Assembly (NCBI GenBank): GCA_050251735.1
Contig: JBFWMF010000016.1
Coordinates: 14,054 to 78,053 of the forward strand
DNA from: Desulfitobacterium sp.
GTDB lineage: Bacteria; Bacillota; Desulfitobacteriia; Desulfitobacteriales; Desulfitobacteriaceae
Length of the DNA stretch: 64,000 nucleotides
Reading direction: 5' to 3'
Shown: in pieces, positions 1 through 10,289 of the stretch
Layout of the letters: every line of letters begins with the position of its first letter
How positions within the stretch are numbered: position 1 is the stretch's first letter
Made by a program: the position numbers and the translations under genes
The notes under the pieces: generated by a model
What the model was told of the DNA's origin: nothing
What the model saw: only the letters and a program-made list of their open reading frames with translations
Database searches by the model: none

Positions 1-86
1 GGAATTAACAGAAGACTAGGGTCACAATAGGGAGAGTTTACCCATATATTATCCTGCAAGGAAATGGAACATACAGGAGGATAGAT

Positions 87-743
87 ATGGGAGCAGCTCT
101 ACTCTTCGCTTTAGCCCTAAGTTTTGATGGATTTGGCGTCGGGTTATCTTATGGAATCAGAAAAATACGTATACCTCTACTCTCTATGCTGGTTATGACT
201 CTTTGTACAGTGGTAGCCATGGGTGCTGCGGTATTTTTAGGGGATGTGTTCATGGACATCATCACCTTCATCCCGCCCAATTTGCTGGCAGCAGCTATCT
301 TGCTTTCCCTAGGTGGCTACCAACTGACAAAAGCGGTGCTCAGCTTGATAAAAGGCGATACCCCTAAAGCTGTACCGACTCAAACCGTGGCTTTGCGTGA
401 ACCCGTTCTGAAATTGGAATTTAAAATCCTAGGCGTCGTAGTGCAAGTACTCAGGATGCCGGAGCAGGCGGACCTCGATGGTTCTGGGGTTATCAGTGCC
501 AAGGAAAGTGTGTTGCTGGGAACTGCCTTGTCTTTAGATGCCTTTGCCTCCGGATTGGTCTTAGGCCTTGCTATGGGAGTTCTGAATTCTCTATCGATGA
601 TTGGTTGGGTAGCTTTTATGCAAATCGTTATGATCAAATTCGGGCAGGCTTTAGCCGGAAAGCTTCCGGAGGAACATCTAGCAAAGTTAGGGCTTCTGCC
701 TGGGACTATGCTAATTCTCATAGCTCTCAGAAAGATGATATAA
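87..743 (+). CDS. ytaF: Polytopic membrane protein, YtaF/MntP-like (DUF204-type) sporulation membrane protein
   Basis: 218-aa ORF with hydrophobic helices in two similar halves. AGGAGG lies 6 nt before ATG 87. It sits directly upstream of coaE, as ytaF does in Bacillus (synteny recalled from memory). Confidence 0.55.
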   Translation: MGAALLFALALSFDGFGVGLSYGIRKIRIPLLSMLVMTLCTVVAMGAAVFLGDVFMDIITFIPPNLLAAAILLSLGGYQLTKAVLSLIKGDTPKAVPTQTVALREPVLKLEFKILGVVVQVLRMPEQADLDGSGVISAKESVLLGTALSLDAFASGLVLGLAMGVLNSLSMIGWVAFMQIVMIKFGQALAGKLPEEHLAKLGLLPGTMLILIALRKMI

Positions 744-753
744 GCAAGTTGAG

Positions 754-1365
754 GTGGCGTTCATGTTCGTCATTGGTTTGACGGGAGGGATCGGAAGCGG
801 TAAATCAACGGTCTCCCGTTGGCTCTCCGAACACGGTATACCGATTATTGATGCGGACCGAACGGTTCATGAATTATATGATGCACCTGAAACCATTGCA
901 GCCATCACGGCTGCATTTGGTCATGGTATTGTGACCGATGGAGGACTGATCAATCGCCGAGCCTTGGGCAGTATTGTTTTCACTGATGACCTTGCCCTCA
1001 AACAGCTTGAGCAGATTCTCCATCCTTTGGTCAGACGAGACATGCTTAAACAACAAGAAACTATCGCCTTAGCAGGGCACAAAGTATGTATTTGGGATGT
1101 TCCTTTGCTTTTTGAGGCTGGTTTTTATGAGTATATGGATGAAATCTGGGTTGTTTGGGTACCTGCTCTGATGCAAAAGCAACGTGTGATGAAACGAGAT
1201 GCTTTGACTCTTGAAGAGGTTGAGCTACGTATGAAAGCTCAGTTTTCTTTAGACGAGAAAAGGAAAAAAGCAGATGTTGTCATCGATAACTCTGGAAATT
1301 GGCTACAAACTGAAGTACAATTAAGGAAGGAAATGGAAAGAATAATCAGAGAACATGATCTATAG
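754..1365 (+). CDS. coaE: Dephospho-CoA kinase
   Basis: N-terminal P-loop GLTGGIGSGKST and ~200 aa length typical of CoaE. Start is GTG 754 or ATG 763. Confidence 0.9.
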   Translation: MAFMFVIGLTGGIGSGKSTVSRWLSEHGIPIIDADRTVHELYDAPETIAAITAAFGHGIVTDGGLINRRALGSIVFTDDLALKQLEQILHPLVRRDMLKQQETIALAGHKVCIWDVPLLFEAGFYEYMDEIWVVWVPALMQKQRVMKRDALTLEEVELRMKAQFSLDEKRKKADVVIDNSGNWLQTEVQLRKEMERIIREHDL

Positions 1366-1449
1366 AATTAAGTATTATCTAAAGATAGATAAGAAGCTCT
1401 ATTACTCTCCAAGAACGTGATAAATGCTGATGAAATTCAAGGAGTCTCT

Positions 1450-2043
1450 ATGAAGAAAAAAAGGTTCAAAGTGCAACTCAAGAGAAAACGATCGGGATTT
1501 TTCTTTACTCTGATTATCTTGGTAGCTGTTTTTGTCTTAATTCAGACTCCAACTATAAAGAAGGTGCTTTATCCCTATCCCTATCGATCCCAAATTGAGG
1601 AGTATGCTGTACAATATGAGGTAGATCCTTTGCTGGTCATTTCCGTGATTCGGGCCGAGAGCAAATTTCTCCCCTATTCCGAGTCTCATAAAGGGGCGTT
1701 GGGCCTGATGCAGCTTATGCCGGACACCGCTAAGTGGATCGCCGAGACACTTGGCGATCAAAGCTTCAGCGATAGTCAATTAAAAGAGCCAGCAAAGAAT
1801 ATCCAGTATGGAACCTGGTACATAGCTAATTTGCAGAAGGAGTTCCGGGAAATCGAGCTCGTCTTGGCGGCTTACAATGGTGGGCGAGGGCATGTTAATG
1901 AGTGGCTAAAAACAGAACAGCTTAAGCTGGATGAATTAAAGACGGAGGATATCCCTTTTGGAGAAACTAGAGAGTATGTGCATCGAGTCTTAGAAAACTA
2001 CGCCAATTATAAGGAGCTCTACGGGTTAGAGAGAACGCGCTGA
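1450..2043 (+). CDS. Membrane-anchored lytic transglycosylase (SLT domain)
   Basis: ORF 1417-2043; likely start is ATG 1450 (AAGGAG upstream), giving MKKKRFKV plus one TM helix. SLT motifs AESKF, GLMQLMP and AYNGG are present. Confidence 0.85.
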   Translation: MKKKRFKVQLKRKRSGFFFTLIILVAVFVLIQTPTIKKVLYPYPYRSQIEEYAVQYEVDPLLVISVIRAESKFLPYSESHKGALGLMQLMPDTAKWIAETLGDQSFSDSQLKEPAKNIQYGTWYIANLQKEFREIELVLAAYNGGRGHVNEWLKTEQLKLDELKTEDIPFGETREYVHRVLENYANYKELYGLERTR

Positions 2044-2233
2044 ATATTGAGCGGGTTTCTATTTGGAGCGTTTTTTTATCTTGAGTGCTTTATTTCGTTG
2101 TACTTTGTTGATACTAAGGTTATAAAAAGTAAAATTGTCTAGATCTGTCTTGCCTCTGATTTAAATCTAGAGAAAGGGATTCTAAGATCTTTTGCAGAAT
2201 AAGAAGGATAGTGAACTAAGGAGGTTGAGTTGT

Positions 2234-3115
2234 ATGAGTGAAGAGTTTAAACTAAAATCCCATTATCAGCTCGCGATTGTCGGGTGTGGACCGGCTGGGA
2301 TGTCAGCCGCTTTAAATGCCAAAATTAGAAATAAAGACTTTATCCTTTTGGGAAGTGATTTCTGTAGTCCCAAATTAGCTAAGGCTCCACAGATTGATAA
2401 CTACTTGGGTTTTCCCGAAATTAAAGGGGAAGAATTGCGACAACACTATCTGAATCACTTGAAATCCATGGGAATTGAAGTCGTGACCTGGAAGGCCCTC
2501 AATATTTATCCCGGACCGCCTTTTACCTTAGTGGGTAATAATGAATCCTTTGAAGCTGATGCCGTGATTTTGGCCACCGGGGTATCACCGACCAAGCTTC
2601 TTCCCGGAGAGACGGAGCTACTGGGCCGTGGGGTGGGCTATTGTGCGACCTGCGATGGTCCCTTGTACAAAGGAAAGAAAGTCGCTATTATTTCCTATAG
2701 TCATGAAGGTGAAGCGGAAGCCAACTTTATGGCTGAGATTTGCTCGGAAGTATATTACATCCCTTTCTATAAAGAAGTGGGTCAACTCGATTCAAGAATC
2801 ATCCAAAGAAAGGCTAGAATCAAAGAAATCTACGGTGCTCAGCATGTAGAGAAGCTGGTCTTGGATAGTGAGGAAATCCTAGTGGACGGTGTATTCGTTT
2901 TACGGGAAAGCTTGCCGGCAGAGCAGATTGTTCCAGGACTGGAAATGGACAAAGGAGCGATTAAGGTTAACCGAGACTTAGGAACCAGTGTGCCGGGACT
3001 CTTTGCTGCAGGAGATTGCTCCGGACAACCCTATCAGCTGAACAAAGCGGTAGGGGAAGGTGGAACGGCTGCCCTGAGTGCCATCAAGTATTTGGATGAG
3101 ATGAAAAAAAGCTAA
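2234..3115 (+). CDS. Thioredoxin-reductase-like FAD-dependent disulfide oxidoreductase (atypical, no NADPH signature)
   Basis: ORF 2192-3115; likely start is ATG 2234 after AAGGAGG. Has the FAD fold VGCGPAG and the redox motif CATCDG. The second dinucleotide-binding GxGxxA and HRRxxxR motifs are absent. Confidence 0.8.
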   Translation: MSEEFKLKSHYQLAIVGCGPAGMSAALNAKIRNKDFILLGSDFCSPKLAKAPQIDNYLGFPEIKGEELRQHYLNHLKSMGIEVVTWKALNIYPGPPFTLVGNNESFEADAVILATGVSPTKLLPGETELLGRGVGYCATCDGPLYKGKKVAIISYSHEGEAEANFMAEICSEVYYIPFYKEVGQLDSRIIQRKARIKEIYGAQHVEKLVLDSEEILVDGVFVLRESLPAEQIVPGLEMDKGAIKVNRDLGTSVPGLFAAGDCSGQPYQLNKAVGEGGTAALSAIKYLDEMKKS

Positions 3116-3140
3116 ACTGAGATTAAAGGCAAAATAGGAA

Positions 3141-3190
3141 ATGAGGCCTGTCCGAAATACGAATGCGCATTCGTATTTCGGACAGGCCTC
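3141..3190. terminator. Bidirectional intrinsic terminator between convergent genes
   Basis: Perfect 24-bp-arm palindrome TGAGGCCTGTCCGAAATACGAATG-CG-CATTCGTATTTCGGACAGGCCTCA. It is flanked by A-rich sequence on the left and T-rich sequence on the right. Confidence 0.8.
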
Positions 3191-3195
3191 ATTCT

Positions 3196-4089
3196 TTACA
3201 ATACTGTTGCCCCTACTGAATCAATGGCGAGGGTATATGCTTTAGCTGTTAACCCATGGGAGCTTAAGGAATCCACCATAGCTTGTGAAATTTCACCGGC
3301 CTTATCCGCTGAGACAAGAGCTAGGATGGTTGGCCCCGAGCCGCTTAGTGCTGAGCCAAATGCTCCATGGTTTAGGGCGACTCCTAAAGTTTTAGAGAGT
3401 CCGGGAACCAGGGCCGCTCGTTGGTTTTGATGAAGACGATCCTGCATACCCTCCTTGAGAAACTCATAATTTTCATGAATGAGGGCTTCTACCAGCAAAG
3501 CTGTCCGAGATAGATTAAAGACCGCATCGGCGCGAGGTATTGATGCAGGCAACACATTGCGGCTTTTTTCTGTAGAGAGGTGGAAGTCGGGTACAATGGC
3601 TAAAGCAATGAATCGAGGATTATCATGCAAGATTCTGGCGATTACCGAGGTCTCAGTGGATACGGCCAGAGTAATTCCCCCTAGTAGGGCAGGTGCCACA
3701 TTATCAGGGTGCCCCTCGATACGATTGGCTATCTGAAGAATTTCCTGCTTGCTTAAGACGCCCCCGGCATATTCATTGGCTGCTACAAGTCCTCCCACGA
3801 TGGCCGCTGAGCTACTGCCTAAGCCCCGAGTGGGGGGGACATTGTTCTCCAAAGTCAGGGATACGGTCGGAATTTTAATGCCGATCTCATTCCACAAGGC
3901 GCACATACTTTGCCAGACGAGATTAGAATCATCGGTAGCAATGCCTGAGGAGTAGTCTCCTGTTAAGGTAATCTGAAAAGAATCACTAGCATCGATCTGG
4001 ACGAAATTATATAAAGAAAGGGCCATGCCGAGGCAATCAAAGCCTGGCCCCAAGTTGGCGGAAGTTGCGGGTATTCTAACAGAAACCAT
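3196..4089 (-). CDS. thrB: Homoserine kinase
   Basis: GHMP kinase motifs: [15 protein letters not shown] at the N-terminus and GLGSSSAA. Confidence 0.92.
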   Translation of the reverse strand: MVSVRIPATSANLGPGFDCLGMALSLYNFVQIDASDSFQITLTGDYSSGIATDDSNLVWQSMCALWNEIGIKIPTVSLTLENNVPPTRGLGSSSAAIVGGLVAANEYAGGVLSKQEILQIANRIEGHPDNVAPALLGGITLAVSTETSVIARILHDNPRFIALAIVPDFHLSTEKSRNVLPASIPRADAVFNLSRTALLVEALIHENYEFLKEGMQDRLHQNQRAALVPGLSKTLGVALNHGAFGSALSGSGPTILALVSADKAGEISQAMVDSLSSHGLTAKAYTLAIDSVGATVL

Positions 4090-4100
4090 GCTGATCCTCC

Positions 4101-5399
4101 TTAATCGTCGTTGAGTTCTCCTGATTCAAAACGAATGACATTTTGAATACTAAGAACTTTGTCATAAGCCCTGACAGAATCCAAGGCCTCGCGAAGCTGG
4201 GATTCTTGGCTAGGATGGGTGACAAGAACGATTTCAGCCTCATGGCGTTTCTTCTGCTTTTGAATAATCGAGGCAAAACTGACACTAGCTTCAGCAAAGA
4301 GTAAAGCCAAAGTAGCTAAAACCCTAGGTTCATCCTTGACTCGCAAGCGAATATAGAAAGCGCTTTTGAAATTTTGCTCGCTTTTAATCGGTAATTCGTT
4401 ATAACAGGTGCAATTGATGCTGGCAGTAGAATTGGTGTTCAAGTTGCGTACCACCTGAATGATATCAGATACAACGGCGCTTCCGGTAGGAAGGGAACCG
4501 GCACCGCGACCATAGAACATAGTTTCGCCCACTGCATCTCCCACCACATAAACGGCATTAAAGACCCCATTGACAGAAGCTAAAGGGTGTGAGTTTGGCA
4601 AGATTGCCGGATGGACACGAACTTCGATACCATCTGCCTGAGATTTGGCCACAGCCAACAGCTTAATTGTTGAATTTAATTCTCGAGCATAGGCAATGTC
4701 TTCGGAAGTGATTTTTGAGATCCCTTCTACATAAACATCATTCACTGTGACCCGTGAATTGAAAGCGATGGAAGCAAGTATGGCCAGTTTGCGTGCCGCA
4801 TCTAAGCCGTCCACGTCCGCTGAAGGATCGGCCTCGGCATAGCCCAGTTTTTGAGCTTCTTCCAGTACCTCATGATAGTCTCGACCCTGTTCGGACATTG
4901 CTGTCAAAATGTAATTGGTGGTGCCATTAATAATCCCCAAAACCTCTGATATTTTGTTGCCGGCTAATGATTGCTTGAGAGCAGCGATAATGGGAATGCC
5001 GCCGGCTACACTGGCTTCAAATAGGAGGTCCTTACCTGCTTCCTTGGCGGCATCTAGGAGCTCATGGCCGTGGATGGCCAGGAGATCTTTATTCGCAGTT
5101 ACGACGTTTTTTCCGTTTTTGAAGGCTTCTAATATATAGGTTCGAGCCGGTTCTATCCCGCCCATAACCTCGACTACCACATCGATTTGGGGGTCGGTAA
5201 GAATGTCTTTGGCTTGATCAGTAAGTGTAAAATCCCCTTGCACATTGCGAGGTGCATTCAGGTTCCGCACCAGCACTTTGGAGACCTTAATTTGAGTTTG
5301 GGAACGGTTCTGTATATCGCTAGCATTCTGCTCAAGTATTTGAATTACCCCACTGCCGACGGTTCCGAGACCCAAAAGTCCGATTGAAACGACCTGCAT
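4101..5399 (-). CDS. hom: Homoserine dehydrogenase with C-terminal ACT domain
   Basis: ORF 4101-5423; likely start is ATG 5399 (GGAGGA upstream). [18 protein letters not shown] forms the Rossmann fold. Homoserine dehydrogenase core and ACT-like tail are present. Confidence 0.92.
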   Translation of the reverse strand: MQVVSIGLLGLGTVGSGVIQILEQNASDIQNRSQTQIKVSKVLVRNLNAPRNVQGDFTLTDQAKDILTDPQIDVVVEVMGGIEPARTYILEAFKNGKNVVTANKDLLAIHGHELLDAAKEAGKDLLFEASVAGGIPIIAALKQSLAGNKISEVLGIINGTTNYILTAMSEQGRDYHEVLEEAQKLGYAEADPSADVDGLDAARKLAILASIAFNSRVTVNDVYVEGISKITSEDIAYARELNSTIKLLAVAKSQADGIEVRVHPAILPNSHPLASVNGVFNAVYVVGDAVGETMFYGRGAGSLPTGSAVVSDIIQVVRNLNTNSTASINCTCYNELPIKSEQNFKSAFYIRLRVKDEPRVLATLALLFAEASVSFASIIQKQKKRHEAEIVLVTHPSQESQLREALDSVRAYDKVLSIQNVIRFESGELNDD

Positions 5400-5450
5400 T
5401 GAATTTCCTCCAATCCGTTTCATGAAAACAAATGTATTCGCATTGTGGAC

Positions 5451-5479
5451 ATTATAATATGGTTTTTTTTCTTTGACAA
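5451..5479 (-). promoter_or_regulatory. Sigma-A type promoter for hom-thrB
   Basis: On the minus strand: TTGTCA, 17 nt, TATAAT. It lies about 45 nt upstream of the hom start. Confidence 0.6.
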
Positions 5480-5496
5480 GAGTTTTTCAAAAGTGG

Positions 5497-5525
5497 TTGA
5501 CACTATTGGCTGTGTATTATAAACT
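5497..5525 (+). promoter_or_regulatory. Sigma-A type promoter for the ilv-leu operon
   Basis: TTGACA (5497-5502), 17 nt, TAAACT (5520-5525). It is followed by a leader of about 290 nt. Confidence 0.55.
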
Positions 5526-5647
5526 TATGATTAAATCAAAGAATGTATTATAACAGAAGGAAGTGTACCTAGGGTTCCGGGAAATTCTCCGACAGGTCCG
5601 AGCGGTACAAGATCCAGAGTATGGATTTACACCGTGGGCAGAAAAAA

Positions 5648-5699
5648 CCCGAGCGGAAAGTTCCTCCAAAGTGCAAGGAACACCGCTCGGTTTCCTTTT
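5648..5699 (+). terminator. Leader (attenuator-type) intrinsic terminator upstream of ilvE
   Basis: CCGAGCGG-aaaGTTCCT-loop-AGGAAC-ca-CCGCTCGG followed by TTTCCTTTT. It is also preceded by AAAAAA, so it is formally bidirectional. A second copy of CCGAGCGG lies at 5598-5605. Confidence 0.55.
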
Positions 5700-5845
5700 A
5701 GCTAGTTTCCTTCACAGAATTAGTTGTTATATCATTGAGTAGTAAACCAGTGAGAATCTTGACGAAAGCCAAGTTCTATAATTTTCTAGTTACAGGTGGA
5801 GAAAAATCAATTTAACTTATGGGTAAAGGGGAGATTTTTGTGGAA

Positions 5846-6718
5846 ATGCTTATTTATCTGAACGGTGAGTATGTTACAAAAGAAGAGGCTAAGATATCAG
5901 TTTTTGATCATGGTTTGCTTTATGGAGATGGGATTTTTGAAGGCATTCGTGCTTATCATGGCAGAGTATTCAAATGTCAAGAACACCTAGATCGTCTTTA
6001 TGAGTCAGCTAAAACGATTATGTTGAATATTGGCATCTCTAAGCCCGAGATGGAAGAAGTTCTTTGCAGTACCTTAAGAAAAAACAACTTAGATAATGCC
6101 TATATCCGTTTAGTAGTTACCCGTGGGGTGGGAGACCTAGGTTTAGATCCTAACAACTGCAAAGCGGCTAGTATTATCTGTATAGCAGACCAAATTAAGA
6201 TTTATCCTCAACACATGTACGAGAATGGGCTCGAAGTCAAAACGGTTGCTGTAAGGCGGACAAATCCGGATTCCCTCAGCCCACGTGTAAAATCCTTAAA
6301 CTACTTGAACAATATTATGGCCAAGATTGAATCCACTCAAGCAGGAGTGGTTGAAGCAATCATGTTAACCCAAGAAGGTTATGTGGTGGAAGGGACTGCT
6401 GATAATATCTTCATCCTTCGTCGGGGTGCCTTGCTTACTCCGCCTTTATCCGCTGGATGTCTTGAAGGTGTGACCCGTAATACCGTCATTGCCTTAGCCA
6501 AAAAGGCAGGTCTTGAAGTTCGAGAAGAGCTGTTTAACCGGCATGATGTCTACAATGCAGATGAGTGCTTCTTGACCGGAACGGCTGCTGAATTGATTCC
6601 CGTAGTTCAAGCTGATGGTCGGGTCATCGGCGATGGGAAACCGGGAAAAGTGTTTAAAGACCTCTTGAAGGATTTCCAGGCTTTGACTTTGGTCGACGGG
6701 GTTTCTATTAATAAGTAG
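5846..6718 (+). CDS. ilvE: Branched-chain amino acid aminotransferase (class IV)
   Basis: ORF 5819-6718; likely start is GTG 5840 or ATG 5846 after AAAGGGGAG. Class IV aminotransferase pattern: FDHGLLYGDGIFEG, the K in VKSLNY, and LTGTAAE. Confidence 0.88.
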   Translation: MLIYLNGEYVTKEEAKISVFDHGLLYGDGIFEGIRAYHGRVFKCQEHLDRLYESAKTIMLNIGISKPEMEEVLCSTLRKNNLDNAYIRLVVTRGVGDLGLDPNNCKAASIICIADQIKIYPQHMYENGLEVKTVAVRRTNPDSLSPRVKSLNYLNNIMAKIESTQAGVVEAIMLTQEGYVVEGTADNIFILRRGALLTPPLSAGCLEGVTRNTVIALAKKAGLEVREELFNRHDVYNADECFLTGTAAELIPVVQADGRVIGDGKPGKVFKDLLKDFQALTLVDGVSINK

Positions 6719-6898
6719 GAATGACGCATTGGGTAAATCAGGAAGTAATGTTACAATATACTTTAGGATCTATCTGCAGTCCAAAATGTACCAAGGAAAG
6801 CTGAAGGATAAGTAATATATAATTTAAATGGCATTTTTAAAATTACAATAGGATTTCTTATGGATTTTGTATTTATGTTAAAGGAGTGGAGAAAAAGA

Positions 6899-8593
6899 AT
6901 GAACAGCGATACAGTAAAAGCAGGCATTGACCGAGCTCCCCATCGCTCTCTTCTGAAAGCATTAGGACTTACCGATCGTGAGATTGAAAAACCTTTTATC
7001 GGCGTCGTAAATTCTTTTACAGAGCTGGTTCCTGGGCATATGCATCTTCGTCAAGTTGCCGAAGCGGTGAAAGCTGGAATTCGTGAAAACGGTGGAACGC
7101 CTTTTGAGTTCTCCACGATAGCTGTCTGTGACGGACTTGCCATGGGTCATGAAGGTATGCATTATTCTTTAGCTAGTCGTGAAATTGTTGCCGATGCTAT
7201 TGAAGTGGTAGCCAAGGGTCACCAATTGGACGCTTTGGTTTTAATCCCAAGCTGCGATAAAGTAGTACCCGGTATGTTGATGGCGGCCATGCGCTTAAAT
7301 ATTCCTGCCATTGTGGTCAGCGGTGGACCTATGTTGCCGGGACGCTTTGAAGGAGCCCCTGTCACCCTTAGCACCGTATTTGAAGGGGTCGGACAGGTGC
7401 ACGCGGGTAAAAAAGATGAGGCTTGGCTTCACGAGTTAGAAGCCAAGGCATGCCCCACTTGCGGTTCATGCGCTGGGATGTTTACCGCGAACTCTATGAA
7501 CTGTTTGACCGAGGCTCTTGGTTTGGCTTTGCCTGGCAATGGTACGATTCCCGCAGTCTATTCGGAGCGGTTAATTCTAGCCAAGGAAACCGGTTATCAA
7601 GTTATGGAGCTTTATCGTCAAAATATCAGACCTCGGGACATCGTCACCCAAACTACCTTGAAAAACGGGGTGGCTCTTGATATGGCCCTAGGTTGCTCCA
7701 CTAATACCATTTTACATCTACCGGCGATTGCCAATGAAGGGGATATAGTTTGGGACCTGAGCAAAGTAAATGAAGTCAGTGAAAAAACTCCTCAAATCTG
7801 CAAGTTAGCACCTGCCTCTGAGACACCCTTGGCAGCACTTCATGAAGCAGGCGGCGTCAGTGCCGTGCTCAAACAATTGATTGATGCCGGTTTAATCGAC
7901 GGATCTACCCTGACCGTCTCCGGGGTAACCATGGCTGAAAGGCTGAAGCAGGCTAGAGTTGTAGATACGGATATTATTCGTCCACAATCTAAGCCCTTCT
8001 CCCAAAGAGGGGGATTGCGAATCCTCTATGGAAATTTAGCTCCTGAAGGGGCAGTGATTAAGCAGGGGGCACTAAAGAGTCAAGATTTCGTCTTCGAGGG
8101 TAAAGCCAAGGTCTTCAATGGTGAAGTCCCTGCTGCCGAAGCTATTCGCAACCTTGAAATAAAAGCCGGAGATGTAGTTGTTATTCGTTATGAAGGGCCT
8201 AAAGGCGGACCGGGCATGAGAGAAATGCTTGGGCCTACCGCTACTTTGGCAGGCATGGGTCTCGACGCAGATGTAGCGTTAATCACGGATGGTCGTTTCT
8301 CGGGTGCCAGCCGTGGACTCTCTATCGGCCATGTATCACCGGAGGCAGCCATCGGGGGCGATATTGCGCTTTTAAAGGATGGAGATACCATTCGCATCGA
8401 TATCGGAAAAGGACAGTTGGAGTGGGTTGTTTCAGAGGAAGAAAGAAGTCATCGCAGAAAAGAATTTGAAGCAAAAGCAGTGCAAACCAACCATCTCAAG
8501 CCCGAACTATGCAGTGGCTACCTAGGACGGTATGCCCACTTCGTGCAATCTGCTTCAAAAGGAGCGGCCTTACGCCGATTGAAGGGGGAATAA
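6899..8593 (+). CDS. ilvD: Dihydroxy-acid dehydratase
   Basis: ORF 6860-8593; likely start is ATG 6899 after AAGGAG. IlvD motifs CDGLAMG, CDK..PG and TDGRFSG are present. Confidence 0.95.
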   Translation: MNSDTVKAGIDRAPHRSLLKALGLTDREIEKPFIGVVNSFTELVPGHMHLRQVAEAVKAGIRENGGTPFEFSTIAVCDGLAMGHEGMHYSLASREIVADAIEVVAKGHQLDALVLIPSCDKVVPGMLMAAMRLNIPAIVVSGGPMLPGRFEGAPVTLSTVFEGVGQVHAGKKDEAWLHELEAKACPTCGSCAGMFTANSMNCLTEALGLALPGNGTIPAVYSERLILAKETGYQVMELYRQNIRPRDIVTQTTLKNGVALDMALGCSTNTILHLPAIANEGDIVWDLSKVNEVSEKTPQICKLAPASETPLAALHEAGGVSAVLKQLIDAGLIDGSTLTVSGVTMAERLKQARVVDTDIIRPQSKPFSQRGGLRILYGNLAPEGAVIKQGALKSQDFVFEGKAKVFNGEVPAAEAIRNLEIKAGDVVVIRYEGPKGGPGMREMLGPTATLAGMGLDADVALITDGRFSGASRGLSIGHVSPEAAIGGDIALLKDGDTIRIDIGKGQLEWVVSEEERSHRRKEFEAKAVQTNHLKPELCSGYLGRYAHFVQSASKGAALRRLKGE

Positions 8594-8596
8594 AGT

Positions 8597-10285
8597 ATGG
8601 GGAAAGAGAAAGAGTGTAACACATATGCGACAGGGGCAGCACTGTTGCTGGATTCTTTGGCTCAAGAAGGCGTAGAAGTCCTTTTTGGGTATCCCGGCGG
8701 TGCCGTTTTACCCATCTATGATGCCCTAATCAACAGTTCCATTAAGCATCTTCTGCCGCGTCATGAGCAGACTGCAGTGCATGCTGCTGATGCCTTTGCC
8801 CGTGTCAGCGGAAAAGTAGGGGTCTGTCTCGCTACGTCCGGTCCGGGGGCGACTAATCTGGTTACGGGTATTGCCAATGCCTATATGGATTCGATACCTA
8901 TCGTCGTCCTAACGGGGCAAGTACCCACCAGTCTCTTGGGAACGGATTCTTTCCAAGAAGTAGATATCACCGGGATCACCCTTCCGATCACGAAACACTC
9001 CTATATTGTCAAAGATCCACGGCAGATTTCACGGATCGTCAAGGAAGCCTTTCATATTGCCAGCACTGGACGACCCGGTCCCGTCTTGATTGACTTGCCA
9101 AAAAACGTCCTATCAGCAACGGATGTCGTTCCTGACTCAGCAGAACTGAACTTAAAAAGTTATAAATACTTTAAGAAAGGGAACGCAGGTCAGATCGAGG
9201 AAGCGGCTCGTGTCATTGCCCAATCCCAACGCCCTGTTCTTTATGCGGGGGGAGGAGTCGTCACAGCGGGAGCAAGTGAAATCCTCCGAGAAGTGGCTGA
9301 AGCCGCTAATCTTCCGGTAGTTACCACATTGATGGGAATTGGTAGCTTGCCCACAAGTCATCCTAACGTCCTTGGCATGGTGGGCATGCACGGGACTGTA
9401 ACTGCTAATTATGCGGTGGATGATTGTGATCTTCTTATCGCGGTGGGTGTACGGTTTGATGATCGTGTAACCAGCGGCTTAGGCCATCGGTTTGCTACGA
9501 AAGCCAAAATTATTCATATTGACATCGATCCTGCTGAGATAAGCAAAGTCGTGCGGACCAATGTCCCCATCGTTGGGAATGCCAAATTAGTCTTAGAAGA
9601 ACTTCTGCCACGCTTAACGCCACCTTCTATCTCAGCTTGGTGGGATCAGATCCACCTTTGGCAAGAAGAAAAACCCAAACTCGCCGACCCCACAGTCTTA
9701 AATCCTCAGGTCATTATCGAGACACTTGGGGAAGTGGCCGGAAAAGATGACATTGTGGCGACGGATGTCGGACAGCATCAGATGTGGGCAGCTCAAAATT
9801 ATCCTGTCCCAGCAGCTCGCCATTTTATAACCAGTGGCGGTCTGGGAACCATGGGCTTTGGCTTGCCGGCAGCGATCGGATCCCAAGTAGCTGCTCCCGA
9901 GGCAACAGTTTTTCTCGTGACTGGGGACGGTTCTTTTCAAATGAGTATCCAGGAGCTAGCCACCACCGTTCAATATAAGCTCCCCGTGAAAATCATTCTG
10001 ATGAATAACGGAGTTTTAGGAATGGTTCGCCAGTTACAAAAAGTCTTTTGTGATGAACGCTATAATCAAATCCAGCTTTCCGCTAATCCGGACTTTATTA
10101 AGATTGCCGAAGCCTATGGTATTCACGGAATCCGCGTCACTGAGGTTTCTCAAGTACGTGATGCTCTATTAGAAGCCATCCATCATCCCGGCCCAGTTCT
10201 GATGGACTTCGTAATTTCCGAAGATGAAGTGGTGTCCCCCATGGTTCCCCCGGGGAAGGGACTCACAGAAATGCTGGGGAGGTAA
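8597..10285 (+). CDS. ilvB: Acetolactate synthase large subunit
   Basis: ThDP enzyme with GYPGGA, GPGATN and the ThDP motif GDGSFQM..NN. Followed by the small subunit gene. Confidence 0.95.
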   Translation: MGKEKECNTYATGAALLLDSLAQEGVEVLFGYPGGAVLPIYDALINSSIKHLLPRHEQTAVHAADAFARVSGKVGVCLATSGPGATNLVTGIANAYMDSIPIVVLTGQVPTSLLGTDSFQEVDITGITLPITKHSYIVKDPRQISRIVKEAFHIASTGRPGPVLIDLPKNVLSATDVVPDSAELNLKSYKYFKKGNAGQIEEAARVIAQSQRPVLYAGGGVVTAGASEILREVAEAANLPVVTTLMGIGSLPTSHPNVLGMVGMHGTVTANYAVDDCDLLIAVGVRFDDRVTSGLGHRFATKAKIIHIDIDPAEISKVVRTNVPIVGNAKLVLEELLPRLTPPSISAWWDQIHLWQEEKPKLADPTVLNPQVIIETLGEVAGKDDIVATDVGQHQMWAAQNYPVPAARHFITSGGLGTMGFGLPAAIGSQVAAPEATVFLVTGDGSFQMSIQELATTVQYKLPVKIILMNNGVLGMVRQLQKVFCDERYNQIQLSANPDFIKIAEAYGIHGIRVTEVSQVRDALLEAIHHPGPVLMDFVISEDEVVSPMVPPGKGLTEMLGR

Positions 10286-10289
10286 TGAA

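Noticed and set aside
5532-5700. T-box riboswitch assignment for the ilv-leu leader.
   Set aside because: Only weak resemblance was found: GCGGTAC on the plus strand and TTGTACCGCT on the minus strand, against the T-box core GGTGGTACCGCG. The upstream 8-mer is identical rather than complementary to the terminator 5' arm, so it cannot form a classical antiterminator. The element is left as an unclassified attenuator.
10224-10289. Longer N-terminal starts offered by the ORF track (10224 for ilvN, 1417 for the transglycosylase, 2192 for the TrxR-like gene, 6860 for ilvD, 22330 for kinase 2, 48869 for eutJ).
   Set aside because: In each case an internal ATG/GTG with a proper SD coincides with the conserved family N-terminus. 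The upstream extension overlaps the preceding gene or intergenic promoter sequence.
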